Part shown: piece after piece, positions 50,947 through 64,000 of the stretch | How positions within the stretch are numbered: position 1 is the stretch's first letter | How the letters are laid out: the number at the start of each line of letters is the position of its first letter | Assembly: GCF_018977255.1 (NCBI RefSeq) | Contig: NW_024704743.1 | Location: 54,562,001 to 54,626,000, forward strand | Reading direction: 5' to 3' | DNA: 64,000 nucleotides | Source: Callorhinchus milii | Taxonomy: Eukaryota | Notes under the pieces: model-generated | Databases searched by the model: none | The model's input: the letters and a program-made list of their open reading frames with translations, nothing else | Told to the model about the DNA's origin: nothing | Made by a program: the position numbers and the translations under genes

Positions 50947-53900
50947 CTGAAACAAGAGGCAAGAGATTGATTAAATGAACTTGTCAGACTTTGGTTTGTT
51001 GGCTGTGGATTAGGAATCCAATCATAATAATAATAATCCTTGCATTTGTTACAGTGCCTTATCATGTCTTTGGAACGTCTCAAAGTGCTTCACAGAATAT
51101 ACTGTAAAGTGAATTGACTGTATATTTTGTGGGCCGAATGATCCAAAATCAACTTCATTCACATATGCTTTTACTCTCTCTGTTTGCTCTGTTTCATGTT
51201 CAGTTATCTCCATTAAAGCATTGAGAAAAGTACTACAAAAACGATGTCTAAGAAAAACATACTTGGGATATTTTTCTGCTATTATGCATTTATAGTTCTT
51301 TCTTTAGAATAGGCCCTGACTGGATAAACACTTTTTGCTTGAAATCATGGCGAAAGGACATTTTGTTTAAAACACAAGCTTCACAACTCATCAAACTGTA
51401 ATCATGTCAAATAACTACAACAACCACAAAATCTTACATTTATATAGTGTCCCTCATGCAGGGTAGCGTCCCAGAACTTTCTGGATAGATACAAATCGGT
51501 AGTGTTTTAAGTCAGGCAATGAGTCGATGCTCCCTTGGCTAAATTCCAATAAATCTCAGTTACAAATTAAAGTTGGAATCTGGAAACAGATTCAGTTCAA
51601 CACAGTTTGAACCCTGAATACAATTATCTTTGTAATCCACAGGACAGGCTTGTTTCAAAAGGGCAGCTTTTACAAAATGAATGTCCCTCTTGCTAAGGAA
51701 GCTGTGTATTATGCAGTTTCATATCAAATTCAATATTATTGAATGACAAACTTCCGCATTCCAGTAAATTGCAATTTCTGGTCCAAAATTGCATCCAGAT
51801 AAAGCAGCAGTGACCCTTCCAACTACATATGTGCTTTAATTGAACAGGTAATAAACACTAATTTCTGCAAATTGTATGTGTTAATAATATTGATTTCACC
51901 AGTTCCAAACTTCCAAACTTTAAAAACTTCACCCTGCTGATAATTTTCTAATCAGTTGTTTACCCACTCTCAGTGCAAGACTCCACAGGGACCTTGATGT
52001 TAGATCCTATAAATGTGAGAGGGCCAACTCAGATTCCAATATAAGCTAATTCACCTAACACAAACTCCATCCTCACCAGACCGATGAGCTTTGACAGAAT
52101 GCAGCATCTCCACAATCTGCACCATCTCCTCTGATGCTTAGCCTCACTCTCTTCTTGGACTCAACCCCGTTCAAGCTTGGCCTTCTACCAATTGGGCAAG
52201 GATCCCATTAGCCATAAACTCACTCAGTTCATGCTGTTAATAACAATGTGCAGCCCACAAATATGACCCTGCCCAATATCCCCACAATAAACATATCTGC
52301 CGATCTGAACACGTACTACACAGGGTGTGCCTGGAGCTGCAGAAATACCAGGAGATACAGTCTACTTCCTACTTACTGAATCCACTCAAACACCCTCCAA
52401 ACCAAGACCCTGTAAGTCATAATGGAAGTCAGATTCATCCAAGGCTCCAAAACGCATTGTCTCCCGAGTCCCAAGACTGTGAAAGGCACAGTCTTTGTAC
52501 AGACTTGTATAAATCCCAAATCCAGAAAGAAAACAACCTGCCCAAATCAACTGCCCAAAATGCTCTCAGGCCTTCTCTCTCAGACTAGTCTGGTTCCCCA
52601 ACCATAGAGTACGCATAATCTTAATGTATAAAACCTGGCAAGGCCGTCAGTGGATATTTCAGACATGTAAATCAGCATGCATGTTACATCGGTTACAAAT
52701 AACTGAGAAAGTGTTTAAAAAATAATTAAACTAATACTCAAAACCAAATGCGCTGCCAAGGGCCGAAATGTATTATTTAGGCACCAATGCCTGTTCTCCT
52801 TGATGTGGTCTAAGGGAAGGAATCACTGTAGGCAATTGTAAACCCATAGATCCATAAGCATTACTAAACAGATTCATGTGTTTAATATTATAACCACATT
52901 ATGTGCAGGCACAATATTTTCAAAGACACCAAACTTTGTTAAAAATTTTGCTCAAACTGTAGAGTGGTCAAATAAGTAAATCTTCAGGTGAACCTTGAAA
53001 GAGGTGAAGGCGGGAGGGAGGGATTCAGGGAGATGCCGGGATGAAGTTCCAGAGAGTGGAGGCAGAGAAGCTGAAAGTCTGTTATGGTAGAGCGGGTAGA
53101 GCGGAGGACATGAAGCAAGCCAGTACTCACTGAGAGAAGATCGTGACTTGGTCGGAACAGATTGAGGATATTTCAGAAGTAGGGTGGGATGAGACTCTGG
53201 AGGGATTTAAAGGTAAGAGACAACAAGGTTCTTGAACTCGATCCACGAGGGATCGAAGAGCTAATGAAGCTGTGTGAGGATGGGGTGGGGGTGGAGGGGC
53301 AGGGGAGGATATGAGAGATTTACGGAGCCTCGTGAAATGCCTGAGGCATTTTCATTTTTCTGCCCATCACTCCCTCATATTTATACATGGAAAATCCAGA
53401 GATGTTTATTGGAATGGAATGCGTACTCTCTCCCTGGAGGGATGCTTCCTGCTTATCTAATTTCACAGAGTATTAGGAGGAAGTTGGCAAGAGCCAAGGA
53501 TTGGGGACCCCAGAGTGTGCGTTGGGGTACTGGAGGAGAACCGTAAAGCACATTCCACGGTTGCTAAGCCTTGGCTCTTGCGAATCTGCACTTAATATTC
53601 TGCAGAAGTAAGAGCGATAGTTATGTTCATGGCCCACCAGTTGGGATGATGATAATGATCTCCAATGATTGAATGACTCTTTCCTTTTAAAAAATAAATT
53701 GTATGGTGCTGAATAAAAGTACATGAAAACCATCAACATTTTGCCATCCAGACTCTGAAGCTTGTACGACAGAATATTACATTCTAGATATACACACAAA
53801 AAAGGATATTTATGCTGGGCTCATCATTTCGGCACAGGAAGTCAGGACAAGACAATTCAAAGCCTTTAGCTCTGTTGGGATCACAGATCTGAGCCAAAGT

Positions 53901-56224
53901 CTTGTGACTCTGTGTGATGTCCAGGGGAGATTCCCTAGAGAAAACGCTGATGTTTTTGCTCGTGACTGAGCATCGGTTTTGTTTCTAGAGGACTTTCAAA
54001 GACGCCATAGTTTTAAAATTGTCTGATGAATTAACCAAAACTGGGTCATATTCTCCACTGTTACAGTTTTGTTTATATGAATTTGAGAGTACAGACTTCT
54101 GGAAAATAAATTTTGCTGCTCCACACAGGCTGTCCTCTTGTCCTCAGTCCATGACATTCATCCAGTCAATGGAGTTCATTTTGGGACCACGTCACAACCA
54201 CAATAATCACTGCTCCTTTAATTCACATGCAGCAGCCCTAGTTTGATGTCATTCTACATCTTTCCACTTCCCTCACAACCCTTGTGACCTGCTCAAAGAA
54301 GTTCAACCAAAACATCATAGTATATAAAAAAGACTCCCTCAAACACAGAGCGGAGCATTCAGAACTCACAAGGGGAAGAAAAGGGATTTGCTGCAAATGT
54401 TTGAAATCTCCAATCAAAACTGAAAAGCTCTGGATATCCAGAGCACACAAATGAGTGTTTGTAAGGGAAAACAATCAGTGAACATTTTGGGAGCCGAAAA
54501 TGACACTTTTTTTNCCCTCTTCCAAATCCTGATTGATCTGCTGCAGGTTTGCAATATTTTATTCAATGAGTGAGATAGCTATTGCACATCAAACAATACA
54601 ACATGTACATTTATATAACGCCTTTCACCTCAGGAGGACATTTGAAAGCATTTGCTACTGCTAGCTGGGGGTGGGAGCAGAAGGCGAAAAGATGACCAAA
54701 CATCTTTCTTTACATCAATTTGCACTTATATAGTGCTTTTCATATTGTTAAACATTTCAAAGCACTTTGTAGATATGGAGTGGTGCCAGAACATGCTGGG
54801 TGATAGAGAGGGAGGTAAGAGGAACATTACTGAAAGGGTAGTTAAAGAGATAGGTTTTTAGAAGGGTTTTGAAAGCTGAGAGATTTAGGGAGAAAGCATT
54901 GGTTTAATTGGTAGGGTGGTCATAGCTGGACAAGCACTGGGAAAGCTTGCCATTACTTTCAATCGCAGGTTATGCGGTTTTAGCTGGCTAGACTCCAGCA
55001 GTACCCAACTCAAATTCTGGACCGCATTCCTCCACCTCCACCACGTTGCCGCCTCCCATGGTACCTTGCTCCAATCGCAGCTGAAACACTTGTCCATTCG
55101 TTCATCACCTCCTGCCTCGACTTCCCAAATGTTCTCCTCGCTGGTCTCCCCAGCTCCACCATCCACAAAATCCAGCTAATTCAAAACTCCACCAACTGAA
55201 TATGCACCGATACTAAACTCTGTACCACCATCACACCAGTTCAAGCCAGGCTCCAATGACTCCCTATCGCCGAATGGATCGGTTTCAAGAGCTTGACAAT
55301 GGTTTTCAAATCTCTTCATGCACAAGCACCTCCCTACCTATGGCCTGCTTACCCCCTAACCCACTACCCACTTTACAGTAAATTCTGTGAAGCACTTTGA
55401 GATGTCTCGATGACATGATAAGGCACTATATCAAATGCAAGGCTTATTATAACTATTATTTAAGAGCATTCAGAATTGTGGACAATGATTAAATTCAGCC
55501 TTAATTTGGAAGCCTGTTTTTTGAGTTTTTAAAATGAACTGGTTTCTAAATTGAAGCTGAATTTAAGAATTTTGCAGAATTCTGAACAAATCTTACATTT
55601 TAAGTCAAAATGGTCATACAGGCTGCAACTAGGTAGAATTTCAGGCTTGAAGTCTCCACATGGTGTAAACTTGATATCGCAAAAGGGTCAGTCAGTCATC
55701 ATCGTCTTAACGTCTTTCAAGGACCCGTCTCCCTCTTCAGGTGGTTGTTAAAGATCCAATGAAACAATTTGTAAAGAGGCAGCAGTTTCTCACATGGTTA
55801 ACAATCCTTCACATACTTGGTCATTCACCTCATGACTGTTGTTTGGATATTATTGGCACAAATAGCCGCTGGGTTTGCCCACAAAAATAGTCACTGCACT
55901 TGGCAGAAATTACCTGCAAAAACTTTTGAGACATTTCAAAAGGCTAAAAACTCTTTCTTTCCCTTAGGTTTGATTAATTGTTAGAAATAAACTTACATTG
56001 AGAGTCACCAGTCATGCATGCTATCTGCACAAACCTTACAAACCGCCCAAATACTATTCAAGAATTGATTGATAAATATATATTTTTTAAATCCTCTAAC
56101 TTATTATTAGGAAAATCCTCTAACTTATTATTATGAAATTATTAGGAAAATATATTATTTAACAACATAAAAGAGAAATGAAGTGTACTGGTCCCAGATT
56201 ACATTGAGTATATCAGGTGCCAGA

Positions 56225-56735
56225 AACAACAACAACAAAATTACATTTATAGAGCGCCTTTCACGTTGGGAGGACGTCCCAAAGCGCTGAACAGTCAGCT
56301 GTCGGGGCACAAGCATGGGGGAGGGGTTGTGTAGGGGTGAGGGAAGGCAGAGAGAGGGGAGGGAGACCAAAGGCACGGTTGAAGAGAAGGGTCTTGAGAC
56401 CGGCCTTGAAGAAGGCAAGGGAGGAAGCGAGGCTAAAGGACCGTGGGATAGAATTCCAGAGTGTGGGGGCAGAGAGGCTGAAAGCCCGGCCACCGATGGT
56501 AGGGCAGGAGACATGGAGCAAGCCAGAGCCTGCTGAACAGAGGGAGCGGGCAGGTTGGTAGGGAGTCAGCAGGTCAGAAAGGTAGGAGGGAGCAAGGCCA
56601 TTGATAGCCTTGAAAGTGAGGACGAGGATCTTGAATTCGATCCTCTGGGGGATGGGGAGCCAGTAGAGACGGGCGAGGGTGGGAATGATGGGGTCACGGA
56701 GCCTGGTGCGCGTGAGTACACGAGCTGCAGAGTTT
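56225..56735 (-). mobile_element. L2 3' fragment in an ITGB8 intron
   Basis: Same subfamily as 16545-17070. Confidence 0.9.
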
Positions 56736-57097
56736 GTAAGTTGTTATATGAAAATTGCCCAAAATAAAACAATTCCTTATACTGATTATAAACTTTCTTT
56801 GGCCTCCTTCTTTACAGTATCCCCCATTGTGTTTCCTGAACAAACACATTTGACTAGTGTCCGTAAATTAAATGCCAATACTCAAGCCAGCTTTGCTAAT
56901 GGAGGTAAAACAGTAATTATTTTAAAGGTCATTCAAAAAAACACCACGGCACCCTAAAATTCATTTTAGATTGTTATTGTCCAAAACTGATATGCCGAGC
57001 CCAAACAGATTGCCTACTGTTTTACCCATCCACTTATTAATAACCCCCTATTTCTGTAAAGAAGTTAATAATTCCCTGGCAAAATTCATGACCTTAC

Positions 57098-57518
57098 CGG
57101 CACATAAACTTCCACGGTGATAAGGACATGAGAAATCATCTTTCTCACAATACTTTCCATACACTCTCCCCAGTCTGGTCACATAACATAGGCATTTCCC
57201 ACAATGGCAGATCCCTCGACTGCTACACGCAGGCTGTTCTTTGTGCTGTTGACATCGTTCAATAAGGCATTGCTCCCAGGGCATTTCTTTGCAGGAGGAA
57301 TTAGAAGCTCCTTTTTTGCATTGGCAATGTTTGCAGTCCAGTTCAAGTTCTTCATCAAAGCATCTTCCAGCTCTGTGATCTATTGGTCCCTTGCATTGAC
57401 AAGTACAAGTGCTCTTAACAGAAATAAAAGTTGTCTCATTGTATCCAATAGGTTTTAAAGCGATGTACTTATCACCATCATAGCACTCTGTCATTCCAAC
57501 TGTTATATTAAAAGAAAC
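57098..57518 (-). CDS. ITGB8: Integrin beta-8, hybrid/I-EGF1-3 exon (equivalent to human exon 10)
   Basis: 421 nt, phase 0-1, tttag|GTT...GCCG|gtaagg. Encodes VSFNITVGMTEC...KPIGYNET...CSSRGICHCGKCLC...GRVYGKYCEKDDFSCPYHRGSLCA. Confidence 0.95.
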
Positions 57519-58541
57519 CTAAACCAGAAAAGAAAGAGAAAATTACTACCAATATTTAATGTCCAGTCATAACACTACCAATAATTTTGATGTGGTTTCT
57601 GAATTGAAGTGACACCACGAATTGTAGTTTAGATTTAGTGAAACTGTCACCTACATTTCTATTTCTGTTTCTGGAGGATTTACAATGTTAGGATAATAAT
57701 TAGTTATATGTTTAGAGGTAGCTTTAAATTCTGTGAACAAAGCTCAACATGCTTGATTCGTAACATTACTGCTGGGGTTTGCACATATCCAGGGGCCTTC
57801 AAATCAATTCCAAATTGAGTGGTGCAAATGATGTATAACTCTGATCAGTCTGCTTATTATCTCTCCACCGACTGGAAATGATGACAACTACTTCCTGTAG
57901 TATAATTGGAATGTCTGGTAAAGTAGTTCATTTTACCTTCATTTACAGGAGATTATCACATTTTGAAAACAAATGGAGAAAGCAAAACACTCATTCAGAA
58001 ACAATGAGAAAGATTGTTTTCTCATTCAAAGAATTACTATGATTGACAAAATCATGTTACAATAATAAATAATAAATAATTTGCCTTGCATTAAATATTG
58101 CGCCTTTTACATTTGGAGATGTCTCAAAGCACTTCATAGGATATACTGTAATATGTAGTGACTATACATTTTGTAGGCAAATAAAATAATTAATGAAAGC
58201 ATGACTTTTTAATCTATTGTTGGCAATATATCTGGTAATGTCATCAAAGACTCTTTTTAAAAATTATTGATTGGTGAAAATGGTCAGAACAAAGTTATTT
58301 AAAAAAATAAATATAATGTCTTGAAGATATAATAAGGCACTATACCAAATGCAGGGATTATTATTGCTATAACTGATTAGCACTTGTTGGGTCTTTGTAC
58401 ATAAAGTGTCAGATTGGCTCAGTTGGTAGCACTTGTGTCTCTGGGTGAGAAGGTTGTAAGTTGAAGCCTCACAATAGCAGGATTTTGAGCTCAGTCTCGG
58501 CTGACACTTTACAGTGTTGTACAGAAAGAATGTTGGATTGA

Positions 58542-58920
58542 CTGGAGTCCCGTAGCTTAGTGGTTAGAGCACTTGCCCCGCAAGCAAGAGACCTGGGTTC
58601 AATTCCCGGCAGGACAAAACATTGGGCAGTTTTCCTCACTCCACATGCCTATGTTTACCTAGCAGAAAGTGGGAACCTGGTTGTTAGTCGATTGATGAAT
58701 CGCTTTTCTGGGGGTAATAATTGATTCAAAATAAATAAAAATTATTTGGTCACTCAATCCACGACTGTTTGTGGGACACTGCTGTGCGCAATTGGCTGCC
58801 GCGTTTCGTCCACAAAATATAGTCAATTCACTTTACAGCATATTCTGTAAAGCGCTTTGAGACGTGACAAAGAGGTGATAAGGCGCTATATCAAATGCAA
58901 GGATTATTATTATTATTATT
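58542..58920 (+). mobile_element. Full-length SINE, long-insert subfamily
   Basis: tRNA-like head, extra internal segment, 3' Deu-like part, L2-like tail and (ATT)n. Confidence 0.9.
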
Positions 58921-59136
58921 GTTAGAGTTCGCTGTCCTTCAAATGAAAATTAAACAAAACCCCAGTCTGCCTGTACAGGTGTTTGGTAAAGATTCCAAGA
59001 CAATATTTGAGAAGGAGAGTTTCTCCCAGTGTAATCTGGTAACAGTGCACCAGATTAATTAGCCAGTCACTTCATGACTGACATGTTTGAGTAAATAGCA
59101 ATTACAGCTAAAGGGCGTTGAGATATAGGCATTACT

Positions 59137-59575
59137 ACAACAACAACAACAAGATTCCATTTATAGAGCGCCTTTCACGTCAGGAGGACGTCCCAAGGCG
59201 CTGTACAGTTGGGTCAGGAACCGAGCAGGGGGGAAATGGTCATGGTGAGGGGAGGGAAGGGAGGGAGCGAGGAGGGGGTAGAGAGTCAAGAGGGGAGCCG
59301 AAGGCTCGGTCAAAGAGAAAGGTCTTGAGACCGGCCTTGAAGGAGGAAAGGGAGGAGGCGGCGAAGGCACTGGGGGATAGAGTTCCAGAGCCTCGGGGCT
59401 GAGAGGCTGAAGGCCCGGCCACCGATGGTAGGGCGGTTGGGGCGGGGGATGTGGAGCAGACCGGAGCCAGAGGAACGGAGGGTACGGGCAGGTAGGTAGG
59501 GGGATAGTAGGTCAGAGAGGTAGGAGGGAGCAAGGCCGTGAATGGCCTTGTAGGTGAGGATGAGGATCTTGAAAT
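59137..59575 (-). mobile_element. Young L2 3' fragment
   Basis: Near-identical to 42560-43030. Confidence 0.9.
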
Positions 59576-59807
59576 CGACTACACTACACTATATGTAATG
59601 CAAGCATGATCATTAATGATGATCATGCACCTGCAATATTTTGCCTTTTGATGATCATTTAATTATCAGGGACAAAAGTCAACATTGTTCTTCAGGTCAT
59701 TATTTGAGCTACTGCAGCAAAAATAAATGTTTTCAATCTTATGACCAATTTACAGAGAATACTGTAGATATTACAGCAGATTAAAATGTCATGCTTTATT
59801 GTGAAAC

Positions 59808-59980
59808 TACAACAACAAGATTCCATTTATAGAGCGCCTTTCACGTCAGGAGGACGTCCCAAGGCGCTGCACAGTTGGGTCATGACCCGAGCAGGGGGGA
59901 AATGGTCAGGGTGAGGGGAGGGAAGGGAGGGAGAGAGGAGGGGGGAAATGGTCAGGGTGAGGGGAGGGAAGGGAGGGAGC
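59808..59980 (-). mobile_element. Young L2 3' UTR fragment
   Basis: Same tail, with two copies of the 46-bp G-rich unit. Confidence 0.88.
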
Positions 59981-62274
59981 AATTATATGACTGGTCGTAA
60001 TGCAGAGCAATTCTTATCGGTGTTGTCTTCATGACAAAATATTTGACTATATAATGATTTAAACCACCTTGGACGCAATCCAATCCATCATTGTGTTATT
60101 TTGACTCAGTGGTAGCACCCTTGCCTCTGAGTCAAAAGGTTGTGGGTTCAAGTCCCACATCGGGACCTATACTCACATCATCTAAGATGAACTTCAATGC
60201 AATACTTAGGTGGGGGGGGGGGATTGCATTGTCGAAGGTATTATGCTTCAAATGAGGCTTCACTGGTTCCCCAACCTCCAGTGGATTCAATTCAAAATGT
60301 TTGGCTTTACTCTTGAATGCATTCATGGTCTCGCCCCACCCTACCTCTCGGGCCCTAAGTCATGTTTTAGTTGATTTATTGATTAATCTAGCCTTGCCCT
60401 TTATCTCCTCTTTCCTCACCCCTCCCTTCAAAACATACTTTAAGACCTCTCCCTTCTTCCACGCTTTCAACCATTCCCCCCTCGTACCTCCTCCAGCTCA
60501 GACTCCCTTGCGTAAAGCTCGTTGAGATGCCCTCCTGGCATGAAAGGTCTTTGTAAAAGTAAATTGGTGTTACTGTAACTGACGATTTATACAGAAATTT
60601 TAGATTAATAAAATTTGCACTTATACAGCAAATCCTATGAATGACACTATATCAAATGCAGGGACTATCATTTTATCTTCAATTTTATTCCTGGAGTCCT
60701 AGTACCCCGTGAAGAATGAGAGTAATGTATCTGTAGATTTTATTGTGGTTCAAAATGTGGGCTGCAGCATGTTGATACACATGAGAGGGAGAAGGGATTA
60801 AAACGGAATGGGAGGGCGTAAGGATTGAGTGCAAACTCATGTGGAGATTATATTCAGGCAACAGACTGTATGGCATGTTTCTGTGCTATACATTCTATGT
60901 AAATTTATGTAAATATTGGATAAATTGGAAATTATGGAGGGTAGAATTACTGAAGCTGACAAGGAGAATGTTGGAGAAATTTAGCCTCAAGGAGACGAAA
61001 GCATTCATGAGCATTTCAGTTGCATAGGGAGGGAGTTAGGGATGTAAATGGGCAATATTCAGGAGATGAAAGAAGGCAGACATATTCTTCTTTCAAGGAA
61101 GAATATGTCTTGATTGTACACATATGGACAATCAAGTATTGTCCATATGTGTGTGTGTGGTAGGGGGTGGGGGGGTCAAACAAAACACCAAGGAGTTAGT
61201 TTAGTGAAACCCTGCTGCAAATATGAGCAGGATAAAAAAACATAATGGAACTCTCTTTACCTTGTATTTAATTGCAGGGTAAGTATCCTTATTATTTTTC
61301 CTAGTTGGCTGGGTAACCTCTGCGTGTTATGGAGAATATAAAAAGAATGTAATTTCACGCTGTACAAGAGTGCACATATTTCTTTGACGATTATAATTGT
61401 TGGAAACACAGAATGTTGACAATTTAAAAAATTCAGTTTTATGAGTCCCACATTACACTAACCACCAGCTAAAAATAAAAATGTAAATATGGGCTTTGTC
61501 ATGGGAAATTTTGCTGAAACTATTTCCTATGGACAAGAAAACTGGTCAGGTTTCAATTTGGTTTGAATTCATCTCCATATCAGAGCTGAGCTGTTCAACA
61601 CAATAGGGCTATTTCTTTGATCACTGGTCCATATACCAATCATGATGGTGTGAGTATGAGAGTGTGTTCAATGATCAGGTGAGTGTATAATAAGAATGAG
61701 CCAACCTCCTTCATTGTGAAGAGATCCCTGGACTCCATTAAACGTCTCACAATAGCATAGCTGATGTAAAAATTAGAATGGGGGAATCTGTGTTCATGCT
61801 ACCAGACCTCTAACAAAAATAGGCTGTTCCTTCTTGTTAGGGAGTCCATAACCAGGGCACAGTTAGCGACTAGGGAATCAAATCTCCCCCATGCGCCCCC
61901 TCACGCATCGTCACTGCCTAATTAGATAAAGCATGATAGTCACACTGGGTGCAAGAAGTCATCCATTCTCCCATAGACATTTCTGACTTTGAAATTCAGC
62001 TAAAAGTGTAATAAGATATATGCTGAACCATTATAAATTAATCGTTTTATTTCCTAAGAATTGCAATTTAGATGCAAATAACTGCTGTAGAAGCAAACAT
62101 TAAACATAATTTTAAAAAATCTAACAATATTTTGAGAGAAAATAGCATTAAATCGCTTAGTGATTAAAGTGCCAAACATGCGTCTCCTGAAAATGTAACG
62201 TTTATTATGCTATGATTTCCCAGGTAAAAAGCATGTGACGTGGCATATCATTTCTCCTCAATTGCAAAGCTTAC

Positions 62275-62409
62275 TGTGTCATTGGCTTTCACATTCATGC
62301 ACTTGTTATGGCCTGAAATCTCAGAGCCATCCGGGCAGATTGCAGTAATGTTCACGTAGATCCCGTTGATGTGGTTGTCCACTTGTAGCTCTACCTCAGA
62401 AAGCAGCAT
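62275..62409 (-). CDS. ITGB8: Integrin beta-8, hybrid-domain exon (equivalent to human exon 9); upstream exons lie beyond the window
   Basis: 135 nt, phase 0-0, tacag|ATG...ACA|gtaagc. Encodes MLLSEVELQVDNHINGIYVNITAICPDGSEISGHNKCMNVKANDT; the NITAICPDGS motif matches beta-8. Confidence 0.93.
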
Positions 62410-63009
62410 CTGTATTAAATAAAACAGCAGAAAGGGCACTTTGTTACCCTTTGACTTTCATTCTGTGGTTTTATGCACAGGAAAATGGACTGAATGACGA
62501 AATGAATAAAAGCTTTGTGTTACCAGCAAATCCTTATTAAAATGCAACACTGTATTCTGCTTACTGGGAAATTGGGACAAAGGATTAGTGATCTGCATCA
62601 TTTGTTCTAATTGTTTGGTGCTTTCCCAATGTATCCAACACATTCTTCAATGGTTCTTTGTATCTGCAGTGTGAAGAACGAGCTGAAATAGCATATTCTA
62701 CTAAAAGCATTTTTCCAAAACAACAATTCTGGCAGATTTAACAAAACCTCAAAACTTACAGTTGTGTTTAACTGTTTAAGTAACTCCCAAAATGCTTCAA
62801 TTAGTTACAAGCTATGAACACATAAACATAGCAAAAGATACTCAACGTGAACATCCTCCCAATGTGAAAGGTGATATACCAAATGTAAGAATTATTACTA
62901 TAATTAAAGAATACGGTGCATGCATCATATGACTGAGATTAGAATTCCAGCTTCTGCGCCACTGACACAGTCTTACAGATTTGCTCTTGTGTTCAGAAGG
63001 GCACAGCAC

Positions 63010-63336
63010 TATAATAATAATAATAATCCTTGCATTTGATATAGCGCTTTTCACGTCTTGGAGATGTTTCAAAGCACTTCATAGAATATGCTACAGAATA
63101 TGTACAGAATTGACTGTATGTTTGTGGGCAAAACATGGCAGCCAATTGCGCACAGCAGTGTCCCACAAACAGTCATGGATTGAAAATGACCAATTTATTA
63201 TTGTTTTGTTTTGGAGGGATTATTATTAGGTGTGTGAAGTAAGGAAACTTGCCCAAGGTTTCACCCTGCCTGGAATTGAACCCAGGTGTCTCGCTTGCAA
63301 GGTGAGTGATCTAACCACTGAGCTATAGGACTCCAC
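63010..63336 (-). mobile_element. Full-length tRNA-derived SINE
   Basis: Same family as 9191-9508. Confidence 0.9.
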
Positions 63337-63789
63337 AGGACTATTGCCATGTTCAGTCGTACACCATGAGCATACTGGAGGTGAAACACCGGCATACCAA
63401 TACCTTGCTTATGTCAATGAATTGTCAACTTTCACCCAGTCTGAGCTGTACATAACTTTAGCTTTATGAACACGCTGGACAGCAGCCAGACCACAGGGAG
63501 AATGTTGTTCCTTTATCTTTCTTTTGTAGTCTACATTAATCACTTGGTGCGTCCCACTCATTCATCCCCCCCCCCCATAGAACTGAATGTCATTTATACA
63601 GACTAATTCAGTGCTGAAAGAGAACCGCTGGTTCACTATCGTTGGAGCACATAACTGCTCCCCATAACTAGACCTCTTTGATTCAATATACTTAGATAAT
63701 TTTACAGTGAAATTCACTCCCGCTCTATTTGCCTATAATATAAAACAGTCCTTAAGAGCATCAGTCATGATTTTATCATGGGAACTAAA

Positions 63790-64000
63790 GCATTGGACAT
63801 AAGAGGTATTAGAAAAATGTCTAGAAACTGAAAATATAATAAAGAATAGTAAGCACGGATTTCAAAAGGAAGGTCATGCTTGACCAACCTCATTGAATTC
63901 TTTGAAGGGGTAACAGAAAGCATAGACAAAGGTAATACAGTAGATGTAATATATTTGGATTTCCAAAAGGCGGTCGATAAGGCGCCACATAATAAACTAA
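63790..64000 (+). mobile_element. CR1 reverse transcriptase fragment running off the window end
   Basis: Highly similar to 10155-10370 (aggtcatgcttgaccaacctcattgaattctttgaaggggtaacag). Confidence 0.9.

Overview
Repeat-rich vertebrate genomic DNA, probably from a cartilaginous fish (inferred from Deu-domain SINEs, the L2/CR1 LINE content and protein divergence; a chimaera is a guess). The minus strand carries the 3' half of an intact integrin beta-8 gene (ITGB8): 7 coding exons from 62409 to 46508, with canonical GT-AG sites and consistent phases. Downstream on the same strand lies a collapsed P-glycoprotein-type ABC transporter pseudogene (31013-25315), called ABCB5 from the ITGB8-ABCB5-SP8 synteny and one diagnostic exon length. 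It has stops, frameshifts, a mutated acceptor and large exon losses. The most interesting signal is absent from the ORF track: a 120-nt phase 1-1 exon (47830-47949) that gives this ITGB8 a full beta-tail domain, which mammalian beta-8 lacks. The two cysteines of one beta-tail disulfide are both replaced by Tyr, and I-EGF1 keeps a canonical cysteine pattern. The remainder is tRNA-derived SINEs, L2 and CR1 fragments, a foldback MITE-like element, microsatellites and several repeat-free blocks that resemble conserved enhancers. Comparisons to human proteins and repeat consensi are from memory and need alignment; repeat boundaries are approximate.
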